From a virus (taxonomy: Duplodnaviria > Caudoviricetes), in IMG/VR virus record IMGVR_UViG_3300043400_000002, positions 1-25,140 of that record: DNA of 25,140 nt; one strand, 5' to 3'. The notes below the pieces were generated by a model, which saw nothing but the letters and a program-made list of their open reading frames with translations, was not told where the DNA came from and ran no database searches. Below are positions 1 through 7,782 of the stretch, piece by piece (the stretch's first letter is position 1; the number at the start of each line of letters is the position of its first letter). The position numbers and the translations under genes were made by a program.

Positions 1-736
1 TCTTCTGTTACCTCTGTCTACAGTAGTATTTTTTGATCTTGAAGATATCGAAGGTACAGACGTAACAGATGTACTTGGTATTATCAAATGGGAGAAACCA
101 ATGAATGCTCAACTCGCTGGTATGGCACGAGGTAATTTCCCTGCGCTTGTACCAAAGACTGATCAAGAGCGTATTCAAAACCTTACACGATCTTTTGAGC
201 AGTACCAACAAGATACGTGGTCAATCACAGAAAAACTCGATGGTTCATCTTGCACGTTCTATCTAGATGATGAAGACGTATTTCATGTATGTTCACGTAA
301 CCTAGATTTGAAAGAAGATGAAGCAAATTCATTCTGGAAAATAGCACGTAAGTTTCAAATTGAAGATATCATGCGCCGCAATTTCATGAAGGGTATGGCT
401 ATTCAAGGTGAGATGATCGGTGAAGGCATCCAAGGTAATCAGTACAAAACTCAACTTGACTTCTACGTCTATGACATGTACAATGTGCATACTGGTCGAT
501 ACATTCTACCTGTACAACTTAAAGCGGCTTGTGAGCGTTTGGGATTAAAGCACGTGCCTATCTTGTGCGAAGCTACAGAGATTAAAGAACAAACGATTCA
601 AAGTCTGTTAGAATATGCAGAGGGTAAGTCTGTACTCAACGGTAGCAACCGTGAAGGTGTTGTACTGAAGAGTAACACTGTACATGATCGCTCATTCAAG
701 TGCATCAGTAACTCATGGTTGTTAAAAAATGAATAA
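1..736 (+). CDS. ATP-dependent RNA ligase, Rnl2/DRB0094-like family (5' truncated)
   Basis: Frame is open from base 2 (LLLPL...GTDVTDVLGIIKWEKP), so the ATG at 101 is internal. Ligase motifs I TEKLDGSS, III IQGEMIG, IIIa FYVYD, IV REGVVL, V FKCIS. Confidence 0.88.
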   Translation, partial: LLLPLSTVVFFDLEDIEGTDVTDVLGIIKWEKPMNAQLAGMARGNFPALVPKTDQERIQNLTRSFEQYQQDTWSITEKLDGSSCTFYLDDEDVFHVCSRNLDLKEDEANSFWKIARKFQIEDIMRRNFMKGMAIQGEMIGEGIQGNQYKTQLDFYVYDMYNVHTGRYILPVQLKAACERLGLKHVPILCEATEIKEQTIQSLLEYAEGKSVLNGSNREGVVLKSNTVHDRSFKCISNSWLLKNE

Positions 737-751
737 ACTATAAGGAGTAAA

Positions 752-2470
752 ATGGCAGCTTTCATCAAACATACTAGTTGTGAAGCTTGCGGATCATCAG
801 ATGGTAAAGCAGTGTATGAAGGTGGTTCTTCGCATTGCTTTGTTTGTGAGCACACAGTACCATCTGAAGAGTTCAAAGAAGCAAATCAAAAGAAACCATC
901 TAGGGTTCGCTCTAGCGTTAAAAAGGAAGTGGAGAATATGGAAGTTAAACCAAGTACAAAACCTGCTCTGACACCAGAAGAGAATGCAGATATTAAATCT
1001 GAAACTTCTGTTAAGGCAAAAGGTTTTCGTAACATTGATGACAACGTATATACTAAGTTTGGTGTACGTCATGCTTTTGCAGAGGATACAGGCGAAGTTA
1101 TCGAACAGTACTATCCTTGTACACAAGAAGGTCAACTCGTAGGTTACAAGGTCCGTGAAGTACCTAAGAATTTCTACTCTAAGGGTCGTACTGGTGCAGA
1201 TTGTGAATTGTTCATGCAGTTCAAATTTAACCGTGGTGGTCGCTATGTAGTAATTACCGAAGGTGAAATTGATGCGCTATCTGCATATCAAATGCTGGAA
1301 GAATACAATCAAGAAAAAGGTGGTGTTTTTGAAACTGCTGTAGTATCTCCAACTACAGGTGCTAATTCACAAAAGCAAATTGCAGCCCAATATCGTTTCT
1401 TTGATTCATTTGAGAACATCATCATTTCTTATGATAACGATAAAGCTGGTCAAACTGCCACAGAACAACTTTTAAAAGTACTACCAAAAGGTAAAGTCAA
1501 GATTATGCCTATGCGTTATAAAGACGCAAATGAATATCTTGAGAAAGACAAAGTTAAAGAGTTTATCAATGACTTCTATGAAGCTAAGAAACAAGTTCCT
1601 GTAGGTGTGTTAGCATCTAGTAAATTGTACGACCGCATCATCAGTCAAACTGCAGTTGCTAAGATTCCATTTCCACCTTTCATGGAAAAGCTCAATGAGC
1701 TGTTTGTTGGTGGCATGCCTTTAGGTCACATTGTCAACATCGCTGCTGATACAGGTATCGGTAAAACTACACTGGTGAATGAATTGATTTACTACTGGAT
1801 TTTTAACTCTCCACATACTGTAGGTATTGTATCAATGGAACTTGATGCAGGTCAGTACGGTGAAGTACTCCTGTCTCGTCACCTAGAGAAAAAGCTTGCA
1901 TTGATCGAAAGTCAAGATGAAAAGATTGCGTACCTTACTACAGATCGTGTAGTAGAAAAAGCAAAGGAATTGACCATTAAAGAAGATGGTGATTCACGTT
2001 TTTATCTGCTAGACAATCGTGATGGTAGTATTGAAGAGATTCAAGATACTGTTGAAGAGTTAGTCTCTGCTTGTGGTGCTAAAGTAATTGTTTTGGACCC
2101 ATTGCAAGATATCTTAGATGGTCTATCCAATGAAGAGCAAGCTGAATTCATGAAGTGGGCTAAAGGCTTTATCAAGAGTCACGGTGTTACTTTTATCTTC
2201 ATTAACCACATGCGTAAGACACCTGCAGGTCAAAACGGTGCTGATAGTGAGCAAAACATTATGGGTTCTAGTACGATTATCAAATCTGCATCTGCTAACA
2301 TCTTGCTCAAACGTGATAAGATGGCTGAAAGTGAAATCACACGTAATAGTACTGAGATTAGTGTAACTAAAAATCGTGTATGCGGTTTGACTGGTCCTGC
2401 TGGTTTCATCTACTACGACAACGCCACCCATACACTGCACAGCTTGGATGACTGGTTAAATAATCATTGA
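752..2470 (+). CDS. T7 gp4-like DNA primase-helicase
   Basis: SD AAGGAG before ATG; N-terminal Zn ribbon CEAC...HCFVC; TOPRIM motifs ITEGEIDA and YDNDKAG; SF4 helicase Walker A ADTGIGKTT, SME, Walker B IVLDPL, INHMRK, KNR. Confidence 0.95.
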   Translation: MAAFIKHTSCEACGSSDGKAVYEGGSSHCFVCEHTVPSEEFKEANQKKPSRVRSSVKKEVENMEVKPSTKPALTPEENADIKSETSVKAKGFRNIDDNVYTKFGVRHAFAEDTGEVIEQYYPCTQEGQLVGYKVREVPKNFYSKGRTGADCELFMQFKFNRGGRYVVITEGEIDALSAYQMLEEYNQEKGGVFETAVVSPTTGANSQKQIAAQYRFFDSFENIIISYDNDKAGQTATEQLLKVLPKGKVKIMPMRYKDANEYLEKDKVKEFINDFYEAKKQVPVGVLASSKLYDRIISQTAVAKIPFPPFMEKLNELFVGGMPLGHIVNIAADTGIGKTTLVNELIYYWIFNSPHTVGIVSMELDAGQYGEVLLSRHLEKKLALIESQDEKIAYLTTDRVVEKAKELTIKEDGDSRFYLLDNRDGSIEEIQDTVEELVSACGAKVIVLDPLQDILDGLSNEEQAEFMKWAKGFIKSHGVTFIFINHMRKTPAGQNGADSEQNIMGSSTIIKSASANILLKRDKMAESEITRNSTEISVTKNRVCGLTGPAGFIYYDNATHTLHSLDDWLNNH

Positions 2471-2473
2471 TAG

Positions 2474-2502
2474 TTGACATAGGCCTCAAGTTGTGATAGA
2501 CT
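2474..2502 (+). promoter_or_regulatory. sigma70-like promoter upstream of DNA polymerase
   Basis: TTGACA (2474-2479), 17 nt spacer, TAGACT (2497-2502), extended -10 TG at 2494-2495. Confidence 0.7.
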
Positions 2503-2518
2503 TGGGGCTTATTTTATT
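2481..2518 (+). terminator. Intrinsic terminator-like hairpin overlapping the promoter
   Basis: AGGCCTCAAGT (2481-2491) pairs with ACTTGGGGCTT (2500-2510), followed by ATTTTATT. Confidence 0.65.
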
Positions 2519-2530
2519 GGAGAAGTATAA

Positions 2531-4714
2531 ATGGATTTGACAAGAGACTGGATTTATGACATTGAAACGTACAAGTCAGCGTTTACGTTTGCTGTCATTC
2601 GTGCAGATGCTAAGTTTGCACGAGTATTTGAGGTTTCTGAGCGCACAAATGAGCTTGACCGTATCTATGCTTGTGTAGATCACATTGAAGCTACGGAAGG
2701 TCGTTTGGTGGGGTTTAATAACGTAGGTTTCGATTATCCCATCCTACATGAAGTACTGACCAATCGTAGGTCTTGGGAAGCTAAGAGTGGTAAGCAAGTT
2801 GCTGCTGCTGTACACAAGCTTGCACAAAAGCAGATTGATTCTTTCAAAGATAATGGTTTCGGTCATAGTATCAAAACAGATGAACAGATTGTCCCACAAG
2901 TTGACTTGTACCGTATTCATCACTTTAACAACAAGGCAAAAGCCACTGGTCTAAAGATGTTGGAATTTAATATGCGTATGGACAACATCGAAGACCTACC
3001 GTATGCTGTAGATGCTGAATTGACAGATGCTGAGATTGATAAGCTGAAAACTTACAACATGCATGATGTACGCTGTACTCTTGCGTTTTATCTCAAGTCA
3101 TTGACACAGATTGAATTCAGAGACAATCTGAGTATTAAACTTGGTCGTGACTTCACCAATGCAGACGATACAAAGATTGGTGCTGAATACTTTCAAATGA
3201 AGCTTGAGGATTCAGGTGTTAAGCTGCATAAGTTCAAAGACGGTAAGAAAGTCATGATGCAAACTAAGCGAGACAAGATCGCAATTAAAGACTGTTTGTT
3301 CAAGTACTACAAGTTTGATCGTCCAGAATTCCAAGCTGTTTATGACTGGTTTTCTAAGCAGGTAATCACTGAGACTAAAGGTGTGTTCTCGGATATTGAA
3401 GAGCACAATCTTGGTGAAGTTGCAAACTATGCAGAACTTACTGTAAAGCGCAAGAAGTTCAAGGGTGTGCCAACTGAGCGAGATACTGATGATTTTAAAA
3501 ATCAGCATCCCTTGGGTTGGATCGAAGTGGAAGAACTAAAGGCTACTGAATATTTATTTGATGCAAATGGACAACATGTAACTGAATACCCTTTAGATGC
3601 AGACGGTTCTCCAGACCTTACAAAGAAACCTAAGAAGGTTAGAGTACCAAAGAAATCATATTGGGGATGTTATCGCATTGCTGAGACGCTGAACGTTCTC
3701 GTGGACGGTTATCGTATTGACTTTGGTGTAGGTGGTGTACATGCATCATTGACTGAAAAGATTGTCAGTGCAAATAAAACTTACATGGTCCGTGATGCTG
3801 ACGTTAGCTCAATGTACCCGAACATCGCTATCTCAAATAAGATTTATCCTGAGCATCTTGGTGAAGAGTTCTGCGTTATTTATAAAGATATGTATGAGCA
3901 ACGTAAATCGTATGCAAAGAATACTGCAGAAAATGCAATGCTTAAACTTGCACTGAATGGTACATACGGTAAGAGTAATGATAAATACTCTGTGTTCTAT
4001 GATCCGAAGTTCACAATGTCAATTACTATTAATGGTCAGCTATCTTTGTTGATGCTTGCAGATCGTTTGCTGCAAATTCCAAAGCTTAAACTTGTACAGC
4101 TAAATACTGACGGTTTGACTGTAGCTATGACACGAGATACTGAAGAGCAGTACAATGCTATCTGCGCTCAGTGGCAAAAAGATGTAAAGCTTGATTTGGA
4201 ATTCGTAGATTATCAAAACATGTACATTCGTGATGTTAATAACTACATTGCTGTATACACAAATGGTAAGACAAAGCGAAAAGGTGCATATCAGTATGAA
4301 GATTTGGGATGGCATCAAAACCAAGGTGGTCTGGTGATCCCAATGGCTGCAGAAGCTGTAATGCTACACGGTAAAGATGTGCGTGAATTTATCAAAGAGC
4401 ATTTCGAAGCTGGAAACATTTTTGATTTCATGCTACGTACAAAAGTTCCACGTAGTTCAAAACTTGTGCTAGAATTTGAAGATGCAAGAGTAGAGCAACA
4501 ACAGAACATCTGTAGGTACTACCCTTGTAAGACTGGTGGTAAGCTGATCAAGTTGATGCCAGCGTTGGAAGATAGCGAAGATAAATCAGATCGTAGACTA
4601 GGTATTGATACTGCTTGGAATGTCAAGACATGTAACAACATGCAAGACTTTGCTGGTGATATTGACTTTGATTACTATGTGCAAGAAGCTGAAAAGCTAG
4701 TTATTGGAGGTTAA
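2531..4714 (+). CDS. DNA polymerase, family B-like, with 3'-5' exonuclease domain
   Basis: Exo motifs YDIET, FNNVGFD, YNMHDV; polymerase motifs DVSSMYPN (A), KLALNGTYGK (B), LNTDG (C). Confidence 0.92.
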   Translation: MDLTRDWIYDIETYKSAFTFAVIRADAKFARVFEVSERTNELDRIYACVDHIEATEGRLVGFNNVGFDYPILHEVLTNRRSWEAKSGKQVAAAVHKLAQKQIDSFKDNGFGHSIKTDEQIVPQVDLYRIHHFNNKAKATGLKMLEFNMRMDNIEDLPYAVDAELTDAEIDKLKTYNMHDVRCTLAFYLKSLTQIEFRDNLSIKLGRDFTNADDTKIGAEYFQMKLEDSGVKLHKFKDGKKVMMQTKRDKIAIKDCLFKYYKFDRPEFQAVYDWFSKQVITETKGVFSDIEEHNLGEVANYAELTVKRKKFKGVPTERDTDDFKNQHPLGWIEVEELKATEYLFDANGQHVTEYPLDADGSPDLTKKPKKVRVPKKSYWGCYRIAETLNVLVDGYRIDFGVGGVHASLTEKIVSANKTYMVRDADVSSMYPNIAISNKIYPEHLGEEFCVIYKDMYEQRKSYAKNTAENAMLKLALNGTYGKSNDKYSVFYDPKFTMSITINGQLSLLMLADRLLQIPKLKLVQLNTDGLTVAMTRDTEEQYNAICAQWQKDVKLDLEFVDYQNMYIRDVNNYIAVYTNGKTKRKGAYQYEDLGWHQNQGGLVIPMAAEAVMLHGKDVREFIKEHFEAGNIFDFMLRTKVPRSSKLVLEFEDARVEQQQNICRYYPCKTGGKLIKLMPALEDSEDKSDRRLGIDTAWNVKTCNNMQDFAGDIDFDYYVQEAEKLVIGG

Positions 4715-4715
4715 T

Positions 4716-4892
4716 TTGAGTTATAATTACAAGTACGATAAAGAGTATCAGACGTTGCAACAGTTTGATAAATATGGTATACTTCGGTCTAGTATGTCGA
4801 TGCCTCAGTCTGATCTTAACGAACTGGCTAGGTTGAACATCAAAGAAAATATTTTGCGAAAGGTAAACAATGACAGTCACACTAAAAGTTAA
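4716..4892 (+). CDS. Small hypothetical protein
   Basis: Fills the gap between pol and the Prs-like gene; GGAGG at 4706-4710 precedes in-frame TTG at 4716. Confidence 0.5.
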   Translation: MSYNYKYDKEYQTLQQFDKYGILRSSMSMPQSDLNELARLNIKENILRKVNNDSHTKS

Positions 4893-5676
4893 CGGGGTAC
4901 ACACTGACTTTAAACAGTGGAAATTTCCTGCTGGTGAAGTTGGTGTACAAGTCCCTCAGATTTCTCCTCATAGTAAAGTGCAAGTTTGGGCGCTTATGCC
5001 CACTTCAGATGATATCTTTACATGCTTGAATCTAATTGATGCAATTGGTAAACAAATCCACTGGTATAATATCGATGTGTATATGCCATATTTACCATAC
5101 GGTCGTCAAGATCGTGTATGCTCTACAGGAGAAAGTTTTGCGTTACAAGTTTTTGCAAAAGTTCTGACTTCTGTAATGTTCAATAAACTCGTAATCTTTG
5201 ATGCACACAGTAAAGAATCTATTAATCAATTTGGTTTTTGCGATACTTATGTAGAAAACAAGAGTCAAGCTGAATGCGCTAAATATCTTCCTCGCTTTGA
5301 TGCATTGATTGCACCAGACAAAGGAGCCAAAGATAAAGTAATTACACACTACCAAGTCTCTGCGTTTCAAACTCCAGTATTTACAATCTTGAAAGAACGT
5401 AAAGATGGAAAAGTTACCTATTTGGACTTTTCATATGATACAATCAAAGGTGATGTATGTGTAGTTGATGACCTTTGTGATGGTGGTGCTACTTTTATTG
5501 CGTTAGCTGAAATGCTAGACCGTACACAACCAAACATCGGAAAGTTGAATTTGTATGTAACACACGGAATTTTTTCCAAGGGTGTATCTGATTTGTACAA
5601 ATACTATGATACAATCTATGTTCACAACCTGATGAACAAAATGGTTGAAGAAGCCGAATCTGTAACTGTTATTTAA
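4870..5676 (+). CDS. prs: Ribose-phosphate pyrophosphokinase-like protein (probable NARP1 Adps, ADPR-PP synthetase)
   Basis: FPAGE, PYLPYGRQDR, DAHS, APDKGA, PRT loop VVDDLCDGGATF, VTHGIFS; directly upstream of the Nampt-like gene. Confidence 0.9.
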   Translation: MTVTLKVNGVHTDFKQWKFPAGEVGVQVPQISPHSKVQVWALMPTSDDIFTCLNLIDAIGKQIHWYNIDVYMPYLPYGRQDRVCSTGESFALQVFAKVLTSVMFNKLVIFDAHSKESINQFGFCDTYVENKSQAECAKYLPRFDALIAPDKGAKDKVITHYQVSAFQTPVFTILKERKDGKVTYLDFSYDTIKGDVCVVDDLCDGGATFIALAEMLDRTQPNIGKLNLYVTHGIFSKGVSDLYKYYDTIYVHNLMNKMVEEAESVTVI

Positions 5677-5684
5677 GGAGAACT

Positions 5685-7409
5685 ATGACTTACATCGATC
5701 CAATTACCGCTTGTGATTTCTACAAAGTAGGCCACAAAGCTATGTATCCTACAGGTACTGAAGTTATCTATAGTAATTTCACACCTCGCTCTAATAAACT
5801 TGCACCAAGTGCTGCTGGCGTAAAACCAAACAAAGTACTGTTTTACGGTTTGCAAGGTTTCATCAAGTCGTTCCTAATTGAACAATTTAACGAGAACTTT
5901 TTCAACCGTACAAAAGAAGAAGTAATTGCTAAATACAATCGTCGCATGAACACTTCACTTGGTCAAGGTTCTGTAGATGCTTCACACATTGCAGCTTTGC
6001 ACGATCTAGGTTTTCTACCAATTGAAATCAAGGCACTACCTGAAGGTTCACTTGTAGATATCAAAGTCCCTGTTCTTACTGTAAAGAATACACTACCTGA
6101 ATTTTTCTGGTTGACCAACTATCTAGAAACCGTATTCAGTAATGAACTGTGGAAACAAATCACTACAGCCACAACTGCATTTGAATACCGCAAAATTCTT
6201 ACTCGTTTTGCTAAAGATACTGGCGCTCCTTTGGACTTTGTACTTTGGCAAGGTCACGACTTCAGTTATCGTGGTTTGAGTGGTGTTGCTGATGCTACAA
6301 GCGCCAGCGGACATTTGGTTTCATTCCTTGGTACTGACACTATTCCGGCTATTGACTATCTGGAAGCTTACTACGGTGGTTTGAATACATTTGTAGGTGG
6401 TTCTGTTCCTGCTACAGAGCACTCAGTGATGTGTGCAGGTGGTAAAGAAACTGAAGAAGACACTTTCCGTCGATTGATTACAGAAGTACATCCTTCTGGT
6501 GTAGTTAGCATTGTTAGTGATACTTGGGACTTCTGGCACACTCTGACTGTTACATCTGCAAATCTGAAACAAGAAATCTTGAATCGCACACCTAATGAGA
6601 TTGGTCTAGCTAAAGTTGTATTCCGTCCTGATAGCGGTGATCCTGCGGATATTCTTTGTGGTACTGAAGTAATCGTTGCTGAATCTCTAGATAAAGCTGA
6701 GGAATTTGTACAAGACTGTGTTATGGCTGAGAATGCAGATTTGACTGCTTATGAATGCGGAGCTTCTTCTTATACACAAGTAGTTAAAGTAAAAGACAAA
6801 TACTATAACTTTACTGTGTTTCCAGAGTGGAATCGTCACGATAAAACTTACTATTATATCGATGGTTGGAACATGCCTATGATTGAAGAAATTCAACTAA
6901 CACCTACACAAAAAGGAGCTGTAGAATGCTTGTGGGATATTTTTGGTGGTACAATCAACGCTCAAGGTTACAAGATGCTGAACGAGCGTGTAGGCTTGAT
7001 TTATGGTGATTCAATTACTCTTGATCGTGCTGAGGATATTTTGCGTCGATTGAAAGAGAAAGGTTTCGCATCCAGTAACATTGTGTTTGGTGTAGGTTCT
7101 TACACATATCAGTATGTAACCCGCGATAGTTTCGGTTTTGCTATGAAAGCAACATACGCTGAAATCAATGGTCAAGCTACTGAATTGTTCAAAGACCCGG
7201 TAACAGACGGTGGAACTAAAAAGTCAGCCAAAGGTCTATTGCGAGTTGAACGTGAAGGTGATAATTTCGTCCTTTATGATCAGCAAACTAAAGAGCAAGA
7301 ATCTCAGGGTTGCTTGCAGACAGTATTCAAGGATGGTGTTCTTGTGAAAGAAACAACTCTTGAAGAAATTCGAAAATTAGTTGACCAACAGCTTGAAACT
7401 GTGGTATAA
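5685..7409 (+). CDS. nadV: Nicotinamide phosphoribosyltransferase-like protein (probable NARP1 Namat)
   Basis: DFYKVGH, HDFSYRG, GTDT, PATEHSVMC, SIVSDTWD, RPDSGDP, IYGDSIT, GVGSYTYQ, RDSFGFAMKAT, KDPVTD...KKSAKG; SD AAGGAG. Confidence 0.93.
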   Translation: MTYIDPITACDFYKVGHKAMYPTGTEVIYSNFTPRSNKLAPSAAGVKPNKVLFYGLQGFIKSFLIEQFNENFFNRTKEEVIAKYNRRMNTSLGQGSVDASHIAALHDLGFLPIEIKALPEGSLVDIKVPVLTVKNTLPEFFWLTNYLETVFSNELWKQITTATTAFEYRKILTRFAKDTGAPLDFVLWQGHDFSYRGLSGVADATSASGHLVSFLGTDTIPAIDYLEAYYGGLNTFVGGSVPATEHSVMCAGGKETEEDTFRRLITEVHPSGVVSIVSDTWDFWHTLTVTSANLKQEILNRTPNEIGLAKVVFRPDSGDPADILCGTEVIVAESLDKAEEFVQDCVMAENADLTAYECGASSYTQVVKVKDKYYNFTVFPEWNRHDKTYYYIDGWNMPMIEEIQLTPTQKGAVECLWDIFGGTINAQGYKMLNERVGLIYGDSITLDRAEDILRRLKEKGFASSNIVFGVGSYTYQYVTRDSFGFAMKATYAEINGQATELFKDPVTDGGTKKSAKGLLRVEREGDNFVLYDQQTKEQESQGCLQTVFKDGVLVKETTLEEIRKLVDQQLETVV

Positions 7410-7410
7410 T
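7381..7410 (+). promoter_or_regulatory. sigma70-like promoter for the tRNA/ncRNA array
   Basis: TTGACC (7381-7386), 18 nt spacer, TATAAT (7405-7410), extended -10 TG; overlaps the Nampt stop codon and lies 9 nt before the first RNA gene. Confidence 0.75.
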
Positions 7411-7419
7411 TAAGGTTAA

Positions 7420-7498
7420 GCGAGTGTACCGGAACGCTCTTCTAAAGCGTAGTACCGTAATGGAGTCAATGGGGGTTCGAATCCCTCCACTCGCACCA
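7420..7498 (+). tRNA. Non-canonical (D-armless) tRNA-Arg(UCU)
   Basis: Acceptor GCGAGTG/CACTCGC + A-CCA; T-arm GGGGG-TTCGAAT-CCCTC; anticodon arm ACGCT-CTTCTAA-AGCGT (TCT at 7441-7443); only 7 nt between acceptor and anticodon stems; 20-nt extra region. Confidence 0.8.
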
Positions 7499-7504
7499 AA
7501 CAAT

Positions 7505-7606
7505 GTAACTGTAGCTCAGTTGGTAGAGCAGGAACCTCTTCACGGTGAAGGACCAAATGCCAGAGGGTAAACCAAGCCGATGGTTCGAATCCATCCAGTT
7601 ACACCA
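7505..7606 (+). ncRNA. tRNA-like RNA with enlarged non-canonical anticodon arm (no assignable anticodon)
   Basis: Acceptor GTAACTG/CAGTTAC + A-CCA; D-arm GCTC-AGTTGGTA-GAGC; T-arm GATGG-TTCGAAT-CCATC; 43-nt arm 7531-7573 instead of 17 nt. Confidence 0.8.
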
Positions 7607-7610
7607 AAAC

Positions 7611-7700
7611 GGACAAATTGAAATGATCATCTGATGCTGATGTGAAACTTCCTAATAGCATAGGAGGAAAATGAGAGTTTGATTCTCTCTTTGTCCACCA
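7611..7700 (+). ncRNA. tRNA-like RNA: acceptor and T-arm with two internal hairpins
   Basis: Acceptor GGACAAA/TTTGTCC + A-CCA; T-arm GAGAG-TTTGATT-CTCTC; hairpins CATC/GATG (7628-7642) and CTTCCTA/TAGGAGG (7648-7667). Confidence 0.72.
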
Positions 7701-7703
7701 ATT

Positions 7704-7771
7704 TAAGATGAAGATATTGGTTCGATTCCAATCTTGTGAAAGTAGTTTAATATGGACAAACATTCATCTTA
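7704..7771 (+). ncRNA. Circularly permuted tRNA mimic (T-arm before D-arm; YrlA Y-RNA-like topology)
   Basis: Closing stem TAAGATGAA/TTCATCTTA; T-arm ATTGG-TTCGATT-CCAAT; mini acceptor CTT-GTGA-AAG; TA; D-arm GTTT-AATATGGAC-AAAC. Confidence 0.72.
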
Positions 7772-7782
7772 TTCATAAATTA

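Noticed and set aside
7439-7445. Amber suppressor anticodon (CTA) and stop-codon recoding
   Set aside because: The 5-bp stem centres TCT in the 7-nt loop CT-TCT-AA, and the genes are full length under the standard code.
7531-7573. Intron-containing tRNA-Lys(CUU)
   Set aside because: GGAAC-CT-CTT looks suggestive, but there is no GTTCC 3' strand; the insert is too short for a group I intron and no clear bulge-helix-bulge is present.
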